DNA of 64,000 nucleotides from Methanotrichaceae archaeon (GCA_963754945.1 CAVWIG010000028.1:1-64000); one strand, 5' to 3'. Counted from the first letter of the stretch, positions 21,095 through 31,458 are shown. Made by a program: numbers and translations. Notes: a model not told the origin generated them from the letters alone.

Positions 21095-21721
21095 ATGAGA
21101 CAGATTGAGAAACTCCTACCGGGGTACAACTGTGGTGAGTGCGGTTCACGGAGCTGCCGAGAGTTCGCAGCAGCGCTGGTGAACGCGGAAGGCATTTCCA
21201 TGTGTCCGGTGCTACAGCAAGAGAAATTCAAGGGCCGGGAGGAGCAGATCGCGGGGCTTTTGTCGGTACAGGAAAAGGAAGAGGAGATCGTAGGTGTCAT
21301 CGATGGCCTGCGGGCTGACTTCGCGCTGGCACCATTGCCGGAAGAGCCGTCGTGCCGTGAAGACCTCTATCCATTCGACAGATCCGTTGATCTTCATCGA
21401 GGAGAGTTTATGAGGTACAGGCCACTGGGTTGTCCTGTAACTCACTTCGCCAAAGTCCTCAAGTTCAGCCACGGCATCGCTACGGTACACATCGTTGGCC
21501 CGGTACATCTACTGGACGGATCGCCGCCGCCGAGTGACATCGGAATTTGCATGGTGGCAGGTTTCGAAGGCGTTGTAAGCCGGGGTGAGGTGCCGGAAGT
21601 GGGCGAAACCGTGCGGTTTCTGCCGGAGCACTGTATGATGCAAAAGGTGCACTCAGGTGTTGTGGTACAGTCCGAAGGGAAGAGGCTCAGGATCGAGGGG
21701 ATCGATCTGAAAGTGTGGTAG
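21095..21721 (+). CDS. Fe-S cluster-binding protein of unknown function
   Basis: LPGYNCGECGSRSC...CP Fe-S domain; EPSCRE, GCPVTH, HCMMQKVH. Confidence 0.85.
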   Translation: MRQIEKLLPGYNCGECGSRSCREFAAALVNAEGISMCPVLQQEKFKGREEQIAGLLSVQEKEEEIVGVIDGLRADFALAPLPEEPSCREDLYPFDRSVDLHRGEFMRYRPLGCPVTHFAKVLKFSHGIATVHIVGPVHLLDGSPPPSDIGICMVAGFEGVVSRGEVPEVGETVRFLPEHCMMQKVHSGVVVQSEGKRLRIEGIDLKVW

Positions 21722-21943
21722 CAGCAATATGAAATAGCGCAATGAACTCACGCACTGAATTTCTTACTTCTCCCCCCGATACGATGCACAAACAAGAGGG
21801 TGCGACCCGTTGGTGTGGGTATTTGTTTGTGGCTGCTTATTTGGATGGACATAATGAAGCACGCGAGAGAGCCTTGCACAAGCTATTTCATAATGGACGG
21901 ATTATGAGTGGAAACGGATTATGAGTGTATAGGAGGAAGGGCT

Positions 21944-22438
21944 ATGAATTCGAGTTTAATACCAGTACTATTATTACTGCTGATTGTAGCATTCACTGCC
22001 CCTGCTTTAGGGCAAATAAATGTAACTCAGCTAAATGAATCCGAGTGGTTTAACGTTGCTTTAACTCTTTACAACCAAGAAAGATTCAACGATTCCCTAC
22101 AAGCCTTCAACAAGGTCATCGAGATCGATCCGCTAAATGCGTATGCTTGGAACTATAGAGGCGCCGATCTCGGGCTGTTGGGGAAAAACGACGAGGCTCT
22201 TGCGTCATTTGGCAGGGCGACAGAAATTAATTCATCGTATGCAGAACCCTGGTACAACATAGGCAGGATCTACGATATCGAAGGTGACTTAGATTCAGCC
22301 ATCAAAGCTTACAATAAAGCCACAGAGATCAATCCGAACTATCAAAATGCTTGGTTTAACAAGAATCAGGATATGGATTCAATGGGTATAGGACATTCTT
22401 CGCTGTACAACGAACTTACCGGACATACACCATCATAA
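21944..22438 (+). CDS. Secreted TPR protein
   Basis: GGAGG SD, signal peptide, three TPR motifs (AWNYRG, PWYNIG). Confidence 0.85.
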   Translation: MNSSLIPVLLLLLIVAFTAPALGQINVTQLNESEWFNVALTLYNQERFNDSLQAFNKVIEIDPLNAYAWNYRGADLGLLGKNDEALASFGRATEINSSYAEPWYNIGRIYDIEGDLDSAIKAYNKATEINPNYQNAWFNKNQDMDSMGIGHSSLYNELTGHTPS

Positions 22439-22652
22439 CTGTGTGCATCATAAACCACGCGCACTATCCAGGTCAAGCACAGCGTTATACGCGTTAAGTG
22501 CGGCAGGAAGCTCTATACCTTCAGGATAGGGCAGAGGTCAGACTTTGAGGAGATTGGGCGACAAAGGCAATTTGACCTCTGTCCATATCGAGTTTAATTT
22601 AGTCCATTAAAGGAAAATGTTTAATAACCCAGATGAAAGGTAAGACAATAAG

Positions 22653-23363
22653 GTGATTAGGTTGTCTAATGCGCAATTTATTTTCAAAAGTATGGCGGTA
22701 ATCTCGATCTCAATGTTAGTTTTGGGATTTACGATTGCCGGAGAAAGCACCAAATTGCAGAACAACGCAAGCTTTTCAGGAGTGTCTCCTTCTGTAGGAC
22801 AGCCGAATGCCCTTTTTTCGGGAGTGATTCCAACAGCCGGGACGAATGTTGGGGAGGGCCTTTTCAGCGGGGAGATCCCAACAGTGACTAGTTTGAACAA
22901 GACGAAAATCACGAATATAACCAGACCTCTAAATCTGACCGAGCCGAAGGTAGCAACCAAACAGTTAAACGCAACTCTACCTCAGAATGCGACCAAGACA
23001 GTGAACGCAACTATGCTCCAGAATGTAACAAGTCCTCTGAATGCAACTGTAACTAAGAATGTTACCAAGCTAGTGAACGCAACTATGCTCCAGAATGTAA
23101 CAAGTCCTCTGAATGCAACTGCACCTAAGAATGTTACCAAGACAATGAACGTGACTCTTCCCCAGAATGTAACAAACCCTCTGAATACAACTGCGCCTAA
23201 GAATGTTACCAAGACAGTGAACGCAACTATGCTCCAGAATGTAACAAGTCCTCTGAATGCAACTGCGCCTAAGAATGTTACCAAGACAATGAACGTGACT
23301 CTTCCCCAGAATGTAACAAGCCCTCTGAACGCAACTGCGCCAACGAATGCAACTTCGATTTAG
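22653..23363 (+). CDS. Secreted repetitive N-glycoprotein
   Basis: Signal peptide; three FSGxxP(S/T) motifs; long hexapeptide N-x-T array. Confidence 0.85.
   Translation: MIRLSNAQFIFKSMAVISISMLVLGFTIAGESTKLQNNASFSGVSPSVGQPNALFSGVIPTAGTNVGEGLFSGEIPTVTSLNKTKITNITRPLNLTEPKVATKQLNATLPQNATKTVNATMLQNVTSPLNATVTKNVTKLVNATMLQNVTSPLNATAPKNVTKTMNVTLPQNVTNPLNTTAPKNVTKTVNATMLQNVTSPLNATAPKNVTKTMNVTLPQNVTSPLNATAPTNATSI
22896..23360 (+). repeat. Intragenic tandem repeat: 18-nt units in 72-nt super-repeats
   Basis: 26 hexapeptides in register; unit NVTKTV-NATMLQ-NVTSPL-NATAPK repeated about five times. Confidence 0.9.
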
Positions 23364-23599
23364 TAAATCTTCAATCTCCTTTTTCAGCAATCTAGAGGCT
23401 CCACGCTAAGCTCGTGAATTAGAATCTCGACCCTTGAGTCCTATTGATCTAAACATCATAAGTCCGATATTGTGCGAAAAGATTAGGTTCCAAGTTCTTC
23501 GGTTCAACCAACTAATTACTTTGGTGGGCATTTTTACCACAACCAATATATTGTATCTGAGATACAAACTAATGGATTTGTCGGACTTGTGTTTGGAGG

Positions 23600-24172
23600 T
23601 TGGATGTGAGGGGACAACATGGATTGTTGATATTGCTGATCTTTGCCTTAGCCTTTATCTTCATGAAATCAGCTTTGGTCGGAAGCTCGGGAACATGTGA
23701 TTATTGTGGGCCAAACTATTGGGGCAACTACCCCACTCAGTCGGAAACAGAGCAGTCAATGTGGAGGTCGGAAATCTACTATTTCATGAACTACGACAAC
23801 TGCGATAACCTGTACCCATCGGCTTACACAGCCACCAATCGCAATCCTGTTTACAACCAGGTAGCGAATAATGCAACGGCTAGCTACTGGCTGGACAATG
23901 CCAACAAGCTTTACTTGGCTGGTTATTATGAGCAGGCCGCCGCCTCGTACGCCAACGCTGTAAAACTAGACCCATCACAATCAGTTGGATGGATCAACAT
24001 GGCTAACTCCCTCTACTTCCTGGGCAGATACCAAGAGTCATTGGACGCCTACAATGCTGTAATTGCTTCGGACCCCCTGAACGCAAATGTGATCATAGGC
24101 AAGGGGAAGGTGCTCATGGCAATGAATCGCACACAGGAAACCAATGCCGCCCTGGAGAAAGTTGGATTGTAA
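23600..24172 (+). CDS. Secreted TPR protein with N-terminal CxxC
   Basis: Signal-like helix, CDYC, C-terminal TPRs (GWINMANSLYFLGRYQES). Confidence 0.82.
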   Translation: MDVRGQHGLLILLIFALAFIFMKSALVGSSGTCDYCGPNYWGNYPTQSETEQSMWRSEIYYFMNYDNCDNLYPSAYTATNRNPVYNQVANNATASYWLDNANKLYLAGYYEQAAASYANAVKLDPSQSVGWINMANSLYFLGRYQESLDAYNAVIASDPLNANVIIGKGKVLMAMNRTQETNAALEKVGL

Positions 24173-24512
24173 GGGCGCACTAAAATCATGGGTTTGGGCG
24201 GAAAAATTAGCTGGCTGGAACAGCCGCACTTGCATCGTGTGTGTAGATTGTGAGCCGCTGCCTCCCCAGTGTAAGGTGCTCTATTTGTTCATTGCGTTTG
24301 ATTCTGCCTCAAACGGGCCAATTTTTATATAAATTATTTGATTTGAATTCTTCGATAATTCCAGATGGAGATTGTGTGATGAGAATCCCTTTGTGCTCTA
24401 GCAATGATTGAATCATTCTCTTGATTGAGCATTACTACCGGTAAATTTTTCCTTTCCCTTACTTCCTTCTGTGTTTTCACCTGAGCTGGAACCACAGGTC
24501 ACCAAAAGTTCT

Positions 24513-26186
24513 TTACATTCTCCTTATTGGATCTCCGAGTACGCACCTCTTCAGGACGTCGACAAGCTCTACCTTCTGCACCGGCTTCGCAATGTAACCG
24601 TCCATGCCTGCTTCGAGGCACTTCTCCATGTCTCCATCGAGGGCATAAGCTGTGATCGCTATGATCTTCGGACCATTAGTAGGCCAGAGCCTGCGTATCT
24701 CCTGAGTAGCCAAAAGACCGTCCATCTCGGGCATCTTCACGTCCATGAAGACCAGATCATAGGGCCTACGATCCAGGGCCTCGATTACCTCGCGACCATC
24801 TGCTACGGCATCCGCTCTGTAACCCATCCGTTTCAGCATCTCTACCAGAACCTTCTGGTTCGAGGGGTTGTCTTCAGCCACCAGGATTCTCAATGGGTGT
24901 TGTTCCGCCAGGTTCTCGACCGATCTGACTGGAATCCCTGATCTAGTAGGCAAACCTTGGGCAACCTCGGACTCCATTGTGAAATAGAAGGTTGAACCTT
25001 TGCCTACCTCGCTCTCTACCCAGATCTCTCCTCCCATGAGTTCTACGAGCCCTTTACATATGGCAAGGCCTAGGCCAGCACCATCGCGTTTACGGCTGAT
25101 GGTAGTCTCGACCTGGCTAAAAGGCTTAAAAAGCTGATCCATCTTCTCCTGGGGTATGCCTATACCCGTATCCTTTATAGCGAAATGAAGCTGATGCTTT
25201 TTTTCTCCAATGGCCTTGGAGGAGATAGATACGGATACTTCGCCCTCATCGGTGAACTTGACGGCGTTGGAAAGCAAATTGATTAAAACCTGCCTGAGCC
25301 TGCCTAGATCTCCTATGAATGCATCTGGGGCACCGTATTTGATGGTTTGAGCCAGATTCAGGCCCTTTTTGTTAGCCTGGACCGACACCTGTTCTAAGGA
25401 TTCTTCAACTAATGCCCTCAGGCTGAAAGGTTGGTGTTCCAACAACACCCTCTCCTTCTCTACCCTAGAGAAGTCAAGAAGATCGCTGATGAGGGCGAGC
25501 ATGGCTTCGCCGCCGTTCCTCGCAATCTCAACGTATTCTTTCTGCTCCGGTGTGAGGTCTTCCTCCAGGAGGATGCTTGTCATGCCGATGACAGCGTTCA
25601 TGGGCGTCCGGAGCTCGTGGGACATGTTGGCCAGGAAGGCAGCCTTGGCCTCGACTGCTGCCTCTGCTGTTTCCTTGGCTTTCACCAGCTCGGCGGTCCT
25701 CTCAGCGACTCTCAGCTCTAGCTCGTCCTTTGCCTTGTGTAGCGCCTCCTCGGCCCGCTTGCGTTCGGTCAGTTGCTCAGCCTCCTGTAAAGCTCTGTGA
25801 ATCACAGGTCCGAGACGGTTCAAACGCTGCTTCAGGACGTAGTCGGTAGCCCCGGCTTTCAGTGTTTCAATGGCAACCTCCTCACCAATAGCCCCGGACA
25901 CGATAATCGCAGGAATGTCAGGAAACCGTTGACGTGCTAAAGACAGTGCACTCAATCCGTCAAAACCCGGTAAAGAATAGTCCAGTAGAATCAGGTCGGG
26001 GGTGAATTTATCCAAGGCCTGAAGGAAGGTTTCTTTGTTCTTAGCCCATTCTACAATGTAATCGGGACGGGCCCTTCGTAGTTCAAGCTTCGTTAATTCG
26101 AAGTCGGAAGGGTTATCTTCCAGAATTAATATGCTTATTCGTCCGTTCATCGTAGGCAGTTTTCCCGCACCGATCTGAGTTAACAT
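24513..26186 (-). CDS. Hybrid histidine kinase REC-HisKA-HATPase-REC
   Basis: LLDYSLPG receiver; [12 protein letters not shown]; [22 protein letters not shown]; C-terminal FMDVKMP receiver. Confidence 0.95.
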   Translation of the reverse strand: MLTQIGAGKLPTMNGRISILILEDNPSDFELTKLELRRARPDYIVEWAKNKETFLQALDKFTPDLILLDYSLPGFDGLSALSLARQRFPDIPAIIVSGAIGEEVAIETLKAGATDYVLKQRLNRLGPVIHRALQEAEQLTERKRAEEALHKAKDELELRVAERTAELVKAKETAEAAVEAKAAFLANMSHELRTPMNAVIGMTSILLEEDLTPEQKEYVEIARNGGEAMLALISDLLDFSRVEKERVLLEHQPFSLRALVEESLEQVSVQANKKGLNLAQTIKYGAPDAFIGDLGRLRQVLINLLSNAVKFTDEGEVSVSISSKAIGEKKHQLHFAIKDTGIGIPQEKMDQLFKPFSQVETTISRKRDGAGLGLAICKGLVELMGGEIWVESEVGKGSTFYFTMESEVAQGLPTRSGIPVRSVENLAEQHPLRILVAEDNPSNQKVLVEMLKRMGYRADAVADGREVIEALDRRPYDLVFMDVKMPEMDGLLATQEIRRLWPTNGPKIIAITAYALDGDMEKCLEAGMDGYIAKPVQKVELVDVLKRCVLGDPIRRM

Positions 26187-26189
26187 CGC

Positions 26190-26636
26190 TTAAGGAAGCG
26201 ATTTATTCAACAGTAACCAGTACATCCCAAGATCGGACACGACTTTAGCAAACTCATCAAATTGGATTGGCTTGGTCACGTAGCTATTGACGCCCAGGTC
26301 GTAAGCGTCTTTGAGATCCCGGTCCTCCCTGGAGGAAGTCAAAATGACGACTGGTATTTTCTTAGTTCGCTCTTCAGACTTTATCTTGCGCAAAACTTCT
26401 ATGCCATTTACTTTGGGGAGTTTTAAGTCCAATAATATGACCCTAGGTTTACCGTCGTCCATTTGGGCAAAGCTGCCCTGTCCGAACAAGAAGTCCAGCG
26501 CTTCTGCGCCGTCTTTCAAAAGGACAAGCTTGTTGGCCAAGTTATGCTTCTTGAGAGCCCTTGTTATGAGTTCTGCGTCGTTTGGATCATCCTCTACTAT
26601 TAGGATCTCAAATTCTCTGAAGTCGCTCATTTTCAT
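26190..26636 (-). CDS. Single-domain response regulator
   Basis: [24 protein letters not shown]; ATGA overlap with upstream kinase. Confidence 0.95.
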   Translation of the reverse strand: MKMSDFREFEILIVEDDPNDAELITRALKKHNLANKLVLLKDGAEALDFLFGQGSFAQMDDGKPRVILLDLKLPKVNGIEVLRKIKSEERTKKIPVVILTSSREDRDLKDAYDLGVNSYVTKPIQFDEFAKVVSDLGMYWLLLNKSLP

Positions 26637-27613
26637 TGCCTCTGAGGTAATGTAAAATAGAGAGTTGCTCCCTGATTTACTTTACCCTCCGCCCACGCCC
26701 GGCCCCCGTGGCGAGCGATAATTCGGTTGACCAGTGCAAGTCCTACGCCGGTGCCTTCAAACTCCGAGATCGAGTGAAGCCTCTGAAAAACTCCAAAGAG
26801 TTTGCCTACATACTGCATGTCGAAACCTACTCCGTTATCCCTGATGTAGTAAGCGCCCCCTTCCATTTCCGACAAATGGCCGAACTCGATGAGTGCTTCC
26901 TCCCTTGTTCTCGTGAACTTGATGGCATTGGAGAGCAGGTTCGTAATTACCTGGCGTATCATTGAGGCATCTCCATATACTGGAGGGGCAGAGTGAATCG
27001 TAAACTTGATTTTGCGGTCAGGATCTTGGGCTGAAAGCTCATCAAACACTGACTTGGCCAGAGCCTCCATATCGATCTCTGATTCTGTCATCTGCTGGCG
27101 ACCGAGCCGCGAGAAGGTCAGCAAGTCATCGATGAGTCGGCCCATCCGATGAGCATTTTCCTGGATTAGTCCTAGATACCGCTTACCCTCGTCGTCAAGC
27201 CGCGGTGCGTAGTCTTCCATCACAGCCTGCGAGAATCCACTGATCGCACGCAAAGGGGCACGCAGATCATGGGAGACTGAGTAGGAAAAGGCCTCTAGCT
27301 CTTTATTGGCCGATTCAATGAGTGATTTTGCACCCTCGACTTTTATTCGCTCCACCTCAATGTCTTCAAGCATGTTCAGGAGGGCTCGCTGGGTATCACC
27401 TAATCTATTCCGCTCCTCATCCATATCTTCCAGGAGGTTCAAGGTGGCCTTTTGAATTAGCTGAGAGTTCCTGCGCTCTTCATCGAAGTCTTCCAGTACA
27501 TTTATCGTGGCTCGCTGTAGCATTTGGAGCTTTGCCTTTTCCGCATCGAAGTCCTCCAGGATGTTTAAGGTGGCACGCTGTGTATCTTCGAGCGTTTCGA
27601 GACGTTCACGCAA
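26633..27613 (-). CDS. Sensor-less histidine kinase with N-terminal 21-aa repeats
   Basis: [39 protein letters not shown]; start uncertain. Confidence 0.92.
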   Translation of the reverse strand: MRERLETLEDTQRATLNILEDFDAEKAKLQMLQRATINVLEDFDEERRNSQLIQKATLNLLEDMDEERNRLGDTQRALLNMLEDIEVERIKVEGAKSLIESANKELEAFSYSVSHDLRAPLRAISGFSQAVMEDYAPRLDDEGKRYLGLIQENAHRMGRLIDDLLTFSRLGRQQMTESEIDMEALAKSVFDELSAQDPDRKIKFTIHSAPPVYGDASMIRQVITNLLSNAIKFTRTREEALIEFGHLSEMEGGAYYIRDNGVGFDMQYVGKLFGVFQRLHSISEFEGTGVGLALVNRIIARHGGRAWAEGKVNQGATLYFTLPQRQ

Positions 27614-27663
27614 GTTCCCTGGTTCGGTGAGGGGTTCTCCTTGCTCACGCGCGGTAGTGCCTA

Positions 27664-29373
27664 TTAAACCAACCTCCCCTTAAGATCCACATTCTCTCTT
27701 TTCAGCTCCTCAATCTCCTTTTTCAATTCTACCATCTTGAGCTCGCGGCCCACGGTTAACTTCTGGAATTTCTCAAGTTCGGCCAACCTATCCAACTCTC
27801 TTCTGCGCTGCTCAGCCAGTTCATCCTCGGCCCTCTTCCGCGCCGTCACATCCCGGGCTGCAGCGAATACACCGAGAACGTTGCCGCGAGCATCTTTGTA
27901 GACGCTGGCGTTGTATAGGACGTCAGTGAGCCTTCCGTCCCTGTGTCTTATCGTTAATGGATAATCAGTGACGAAGCCTTTGGCAAAGACCTGCTGGTAG
28001 CCTTCCCTGGCCTTTTCCGGCTCTGTGAAATAGTTGGAAAAGTCCGTTCCTATCAGCTGTTCTCTGGGAACACCAGTGACCTTGATTGTAGCCTCGTTAA
28101 CGTCAGTGACCTTTCCATCTGGGCTGATGGTAACCAGAGGGTCAAGGGAAGACTCGATCAAGCTTCGTGCGTATTGGGAAGCCTGCTTTTGCGCAGTCAC
28201 ATCCCGGGCTGCAGCGAATACACCGAGGACGTTGCCGCGAGCATCTTTGTATACACTGGCGTTGTATAGGACGTCAGTGAGCCTCCCGTCCCTGTGTCTT
28301 ATCGTTAATGGATAGTCTGTGACGAAGCCTTTGGCAAAGACCTGCTGGTAGCCTTCCCTGGCCTTTTCCGGCTCTGTGAAATAGTTGGAAAAGTCCGTTC
28401 CTATCAGCTGTTCTCTGGGAACACCAGTGACCTTGATTGTAGCCTCGTTAACGTCAGTGACTTTTCCATCTGGGCTGATGGTAACCAGAGGGTCAAGGGA
28501 AGACTCGATCAAGCTTCGTGCATATTGGGAAGCCTGCTTTTGCGCAGTCACATCCCGAGCTGCAGCAAATACGCCTAGGACATTTCCGCTAGTGTCTTTA
28601 TAGACGCTTGCGTTGTAGAGAACATCTGTGAGACGGCCGTCCTTGTGACGTATGGTCAGTGGATAATCAGTGACAAAGCCTTTGGCAAAGACCTGCTGAT
28701 AGCCTTCCCTGGCCTTTTCCGGCTCTGTGAAATAGTTGGAGAAATCCGTGCCGATCAGCTGCCCTCTGGGAACACCGGTGACCTTGATCGTGGCCTCATT
28801 GACGTCAGTGACCTTTCCATCGGCACTGATGGTAACCAGAGGGTCCAGTGAAGACTCGATCAGGCTTCGTGCGTATTGAGAAGCGGCACCCAATTTCTCC
28901 TCTGCCTGCTTTCTGGCGATAACCTCTGCTGTGATGTCTCGGGCGATGGTGGAAGCCCCGATTATCAGACCCGCTTTATCCTTGACGGGGGAGATGCTGA
29001 CAGACACATGGATGATTTTGCCGTCTTTTCTCTTTCTTATCGTCTCATAATGATGGATGCCCTCTCCCCGCTTGATGCGTTCCAGGATTTCGGGCACATC
29101 ATCGTTGTAGCCTGGTGGAATTAAAATTGATATAGGTTTGCCGAGGACCTCTTCGGCTGGAAAACCATAAATTCTCTCTGCTCCACTGTTCCAAGAAGTG
29201 ATGATGCCTTTGGAGGTTTTTGTGATGATAGCATCATCTGAGGACTCCACAATAGAAGCCAAAAGAAACATCTTATCTTCAATGAGCTCTTTAGAAAAGT
29301 TGGCCTCCCTCTCGGGGTCGATTGTCGACGTACTTTTACTCTTTCGAATCCGCTTGTTGTCAGCCATTAGCAA
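27664..29373 (-). CDS. Stand-alone 4xPAS sensor with C-terminal coiled coil
   Basis: One PAS-PAC (SIVESSDDAII, WNSGAE) plus three near-identical PAS-PAC; ends LTVGRELKMVELKKEIEEL; no kinase domain. Confidence 0.92.
   Translation of the reverse strand: MLMADNKRIRKSKSTSTIDPEREANFSKELIEDKMFLLASIVESSDDAIITKTSKGIITSWNSGAERIYGFPAEEVLGKPISILIPPGYNDDVPEILERIKRGEGIHHYETIRKRKDGKIIHVSVSISPVKDKAGLIIGASTIARDITAEVIARKQAEEKLGAASQYARSLIESSLDPLVTISADGKVTDVNEATIKVTGVPRGQLIGTDFSNYFTEPEKAREGYQQVFAKGFVTDYPLTIRHKDGRLTDVLYNASVYKDTSGNVLGVFAAARDVTAQKQASQYARSLIESSLDPLVTISPDGKVTDVNEATIKVTGVPREQLIGTDFSNYFTEPEKAREGYQQVFAKGFVTDYPLTIRHRDGRLTDVLYNASVYKDARGNVLGVFAAARDVTAQKQASQYARSLIESSLDPLVTISPDGKVTDVNEATIKVTGVPREQLIGTDFSNYFTEPEKAREGYQQVFAKGFVTDYPLTIRHRDGRLTDVLYNASVYKDARGNVLGVFAAARDVTARKRAEDELAEQRRRELDRLAELEKFQKLTVGRELKMVELKKEIEELKRENVDLKGRLV
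27842..28884 (-). repeat. Three tandem 351-bp PAS-PAC repeats
   Basis: ASQYARSLIESSLDPLVT starts at 28884, 28533 and 28182. Confidence 0.95.
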
Positions 29374-29912
29374 ATTCCTTCACTCGTTAGTTATTTAACT
29401 ACTTCGAATTTGAAATAGTTTCCGTTCCCAAACCGGCAAGTCGAGCTGGGCGGCGACAGCCCTTTTAGAGGATTAAACAGAAAGAAGTTCTGGCTTAGGA
29501 TATCGCAAGTAGTTCAGCCTTTGATTCGCTCGGCTACTACGTTGGAGCCCTGTGTGAAATCCCGATCTAAGCCAGTCTCCCCAAAAAGCGCATGGATCTT
29601 CAGGAAGCCTGGGTAGTTGCGAAGGATCTTCTGCTCTCGCCAAGCTCATAATAATCGATAGAGAGTGCTTATTTATCTGCTCTCTTGGTGTCTTCAAGAT
29701 GCTTGATCTCCTGAATTGCCCACTCTTGAGTCAGTGGGTAGAATTATGCCGCCACCTAAGTCCCGACGGAGGTGGAGTGGGACCGGGCCGAGCACGTTGT
29801 GATTATAGGATGAAATGAACTAGATTCGGGAAACAGAAGCGGAGGGGATAGGAGCGGAGAGCAGAAGAGCTTGACTGTGTAGGAAATCACAAGAACGTCT
29901 TGGAAACGAGTG

Positions 29913-30757
29913 TCAGAGCTTATCGGTTATTGCTGTTAGGGATTTTATCGCGGATTTCAGTTCAATTACTTCCAGTGGACACTCTGGCCAGTCATGCTCC
30001 CAGCAAACAATAACGTCGCATAAATCTGGTTTATGTCCGTGTGCCTTGAAAGAACTCGACCTGAATTCAAACACGATACGCACCCTTTCCCATTTGTCTT
30101 GTTTCTTATCGACAAGACGTTTAGCCTCACAATCTGGGTAAGCAGGCCTTATGGCTTCAACTGCAAAGCCAAGCTCATGACAAACCATGCCAAAAAGAAA
30201 TACAACGCCTAGCTCATTGAGTGGTGAGTGCTGCAAACCTCGGAAGTTTAAGAATGAGCCATAGGCAGTTCCGCCAGTACTTCTCCAATGATACTGAAGT
30301 TCATTTGGTGGTTGTTCATGATGCTCCTCACGATGTGTGAGCTTGTTGGTTGAGTCAGTTGGCAATACATCAATGAATGGAAATGCGATCTTCTTTTGTT
30401 CAAGCCAACAGCGGAATACGAACAGATTCTCCTGCCAATTCCCAAAACGCTTCTTGTAAGTATCAACGCTATACTTGGATAACTTGCCGAATTTTGTTCT
30501 TGTGCATATGCCATCAAAGTTCAGGAAAACACGATGCATTTCTTCAAATAAGTCGTCAGCTTCAATTGGAATATTTGATAATTTGGTTCTAATCCCGACT
30601 CTTTGCAGGCTTCGCGCCAGCTATCAAATATCTGATATAATTGCCATTGAGAGATTCCCGTCTCTGCAAAGAATTCTGAGCGAGTCAGTGTATTTACTTT
30701 CTCCTCTTGCGCAACACGCTGAATTTCTTTTGTGATTATATCCCGATCGACCGACAT
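29913..30757 (-). pseudogene. Frameshifted nuclease: helical homing-endonuclease-associated repeats plus PD-(D/E)XK-like domain
   Basis: FDSWREA and FGNWQE repeats; YPDCEAKR...RIVFEFRSS.F..HGH...CDVIVCWEH; restoring one A near 30575 joins ORFs 30521-30757 and 29913-30539. Confidence 0.7.
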
Positions 30758-30835
30758 TTTATCTAACCGTCGTTCTAAATAGGAAATTCAGAAATAAACA
30801 GGGATCAAATTTCTCGATTTGATAAAAAATGAAAA

Positions 30836-31387
30836 TCAGAGTAGCCCCATATTCTCTAGCTGCTGGCGGACGATCTTCACGCCCTCCTCGCACTCCGCTG
30901 GGGACTTGCCGCCCGTCACCACTAACTTTCCGGAGCTGAATATCAGCACTACCACCTTGGGCTGCTTAATCCTGTAAACCAGTCCGGGAAACTGCTCTGG
31001 CTCGTACTCGATGTTCTCCAGGCCAAGGCCTAGAGCAATGGCATTTAGGTTCAAGTCTGTCTTGAGATCAGCGCTGGCCACAATGTTCTGAACGTGGATC
31101 TCAGGGTTCAGGTCGATCTTGTCGAAGCCGATGGACTTCAGGGTCTTGGCCATGTTTGTTATCACGGTCCTGACGTCCTCGACGTTCTTCGCCCCCGTGC
31201 ACACTACCTTGCCGGAGGTGAAGATCAGAAAAGCTGCCCTGGGCGACTTGACCCTGTAAACGAGACCAGGGAACTTCTCCTTGTTGTACTCAGCACCCTC
31301 AAGCTCAGCTTCAATTTTGATAAGATCGAACTCGTCAGCCAGCTTTGTGGATGCGACAACGTTCTCTATATTTATTGTGGACTCCAT
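30836..31387 (-). CDS. tbp: TATA-box binding protein
   Basis: Two TBP repeats: IENVVAS/VQNIVAS, FPGLVYR, LIF(T/S)SGK. Confidence 0.98.
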   Translation of the reverse strand: MESTINIENVVASTKLADEFDLIKIEAELEGAEYNKEKFPGLVYRVKSPRAAFLIFTSGKVVCTGAKNVEDVRTVITNMAKTLKSIGFDKIDLNPEIHVQNIVASADLKTDLNLNAIALGLGLENIEYEPEQFPGLVYRIKQPKVVVLIFSSGKLVVTGGKSPAECEEGVKIVRQQLENMGLL

Positions 31388-31409
31388 ACTCGCGCGTCTC
31401 CACTCAAGC

Positions 31410-31458
31410 CTTTATAAAGAAGGGGTATATAAAGCATGGGTATTTAAAGCTTATAAAC
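31410..31458 (-). promoter_or_regulatory. Cluster of four TATA-like boxes upstream of tbp
   Basis: Minus strand TTTATAAG, TTTAAATA, TTTATATA, TTTATAAA; 13-mer repeat at 31423 and 31438. Confidence 0.6.

Noticed and set aside
22443-22453. GTGCATCATAA matches the IS630 inverted repeat
   Set aside because: Only 11 nt, no flanking TA, no partner repeat; compatible with chance
22969-23360. Regular repeats as a CRISPR array
   Set aside because: Contiguous in-frame coding repeats, no unique spacers, no cas genes
29400-29900. Track ORF 29473-29697 and GC-rich hairpins
   Set aside because: No recognisable family or RNA motif; looks like gene debris that I cannot assign
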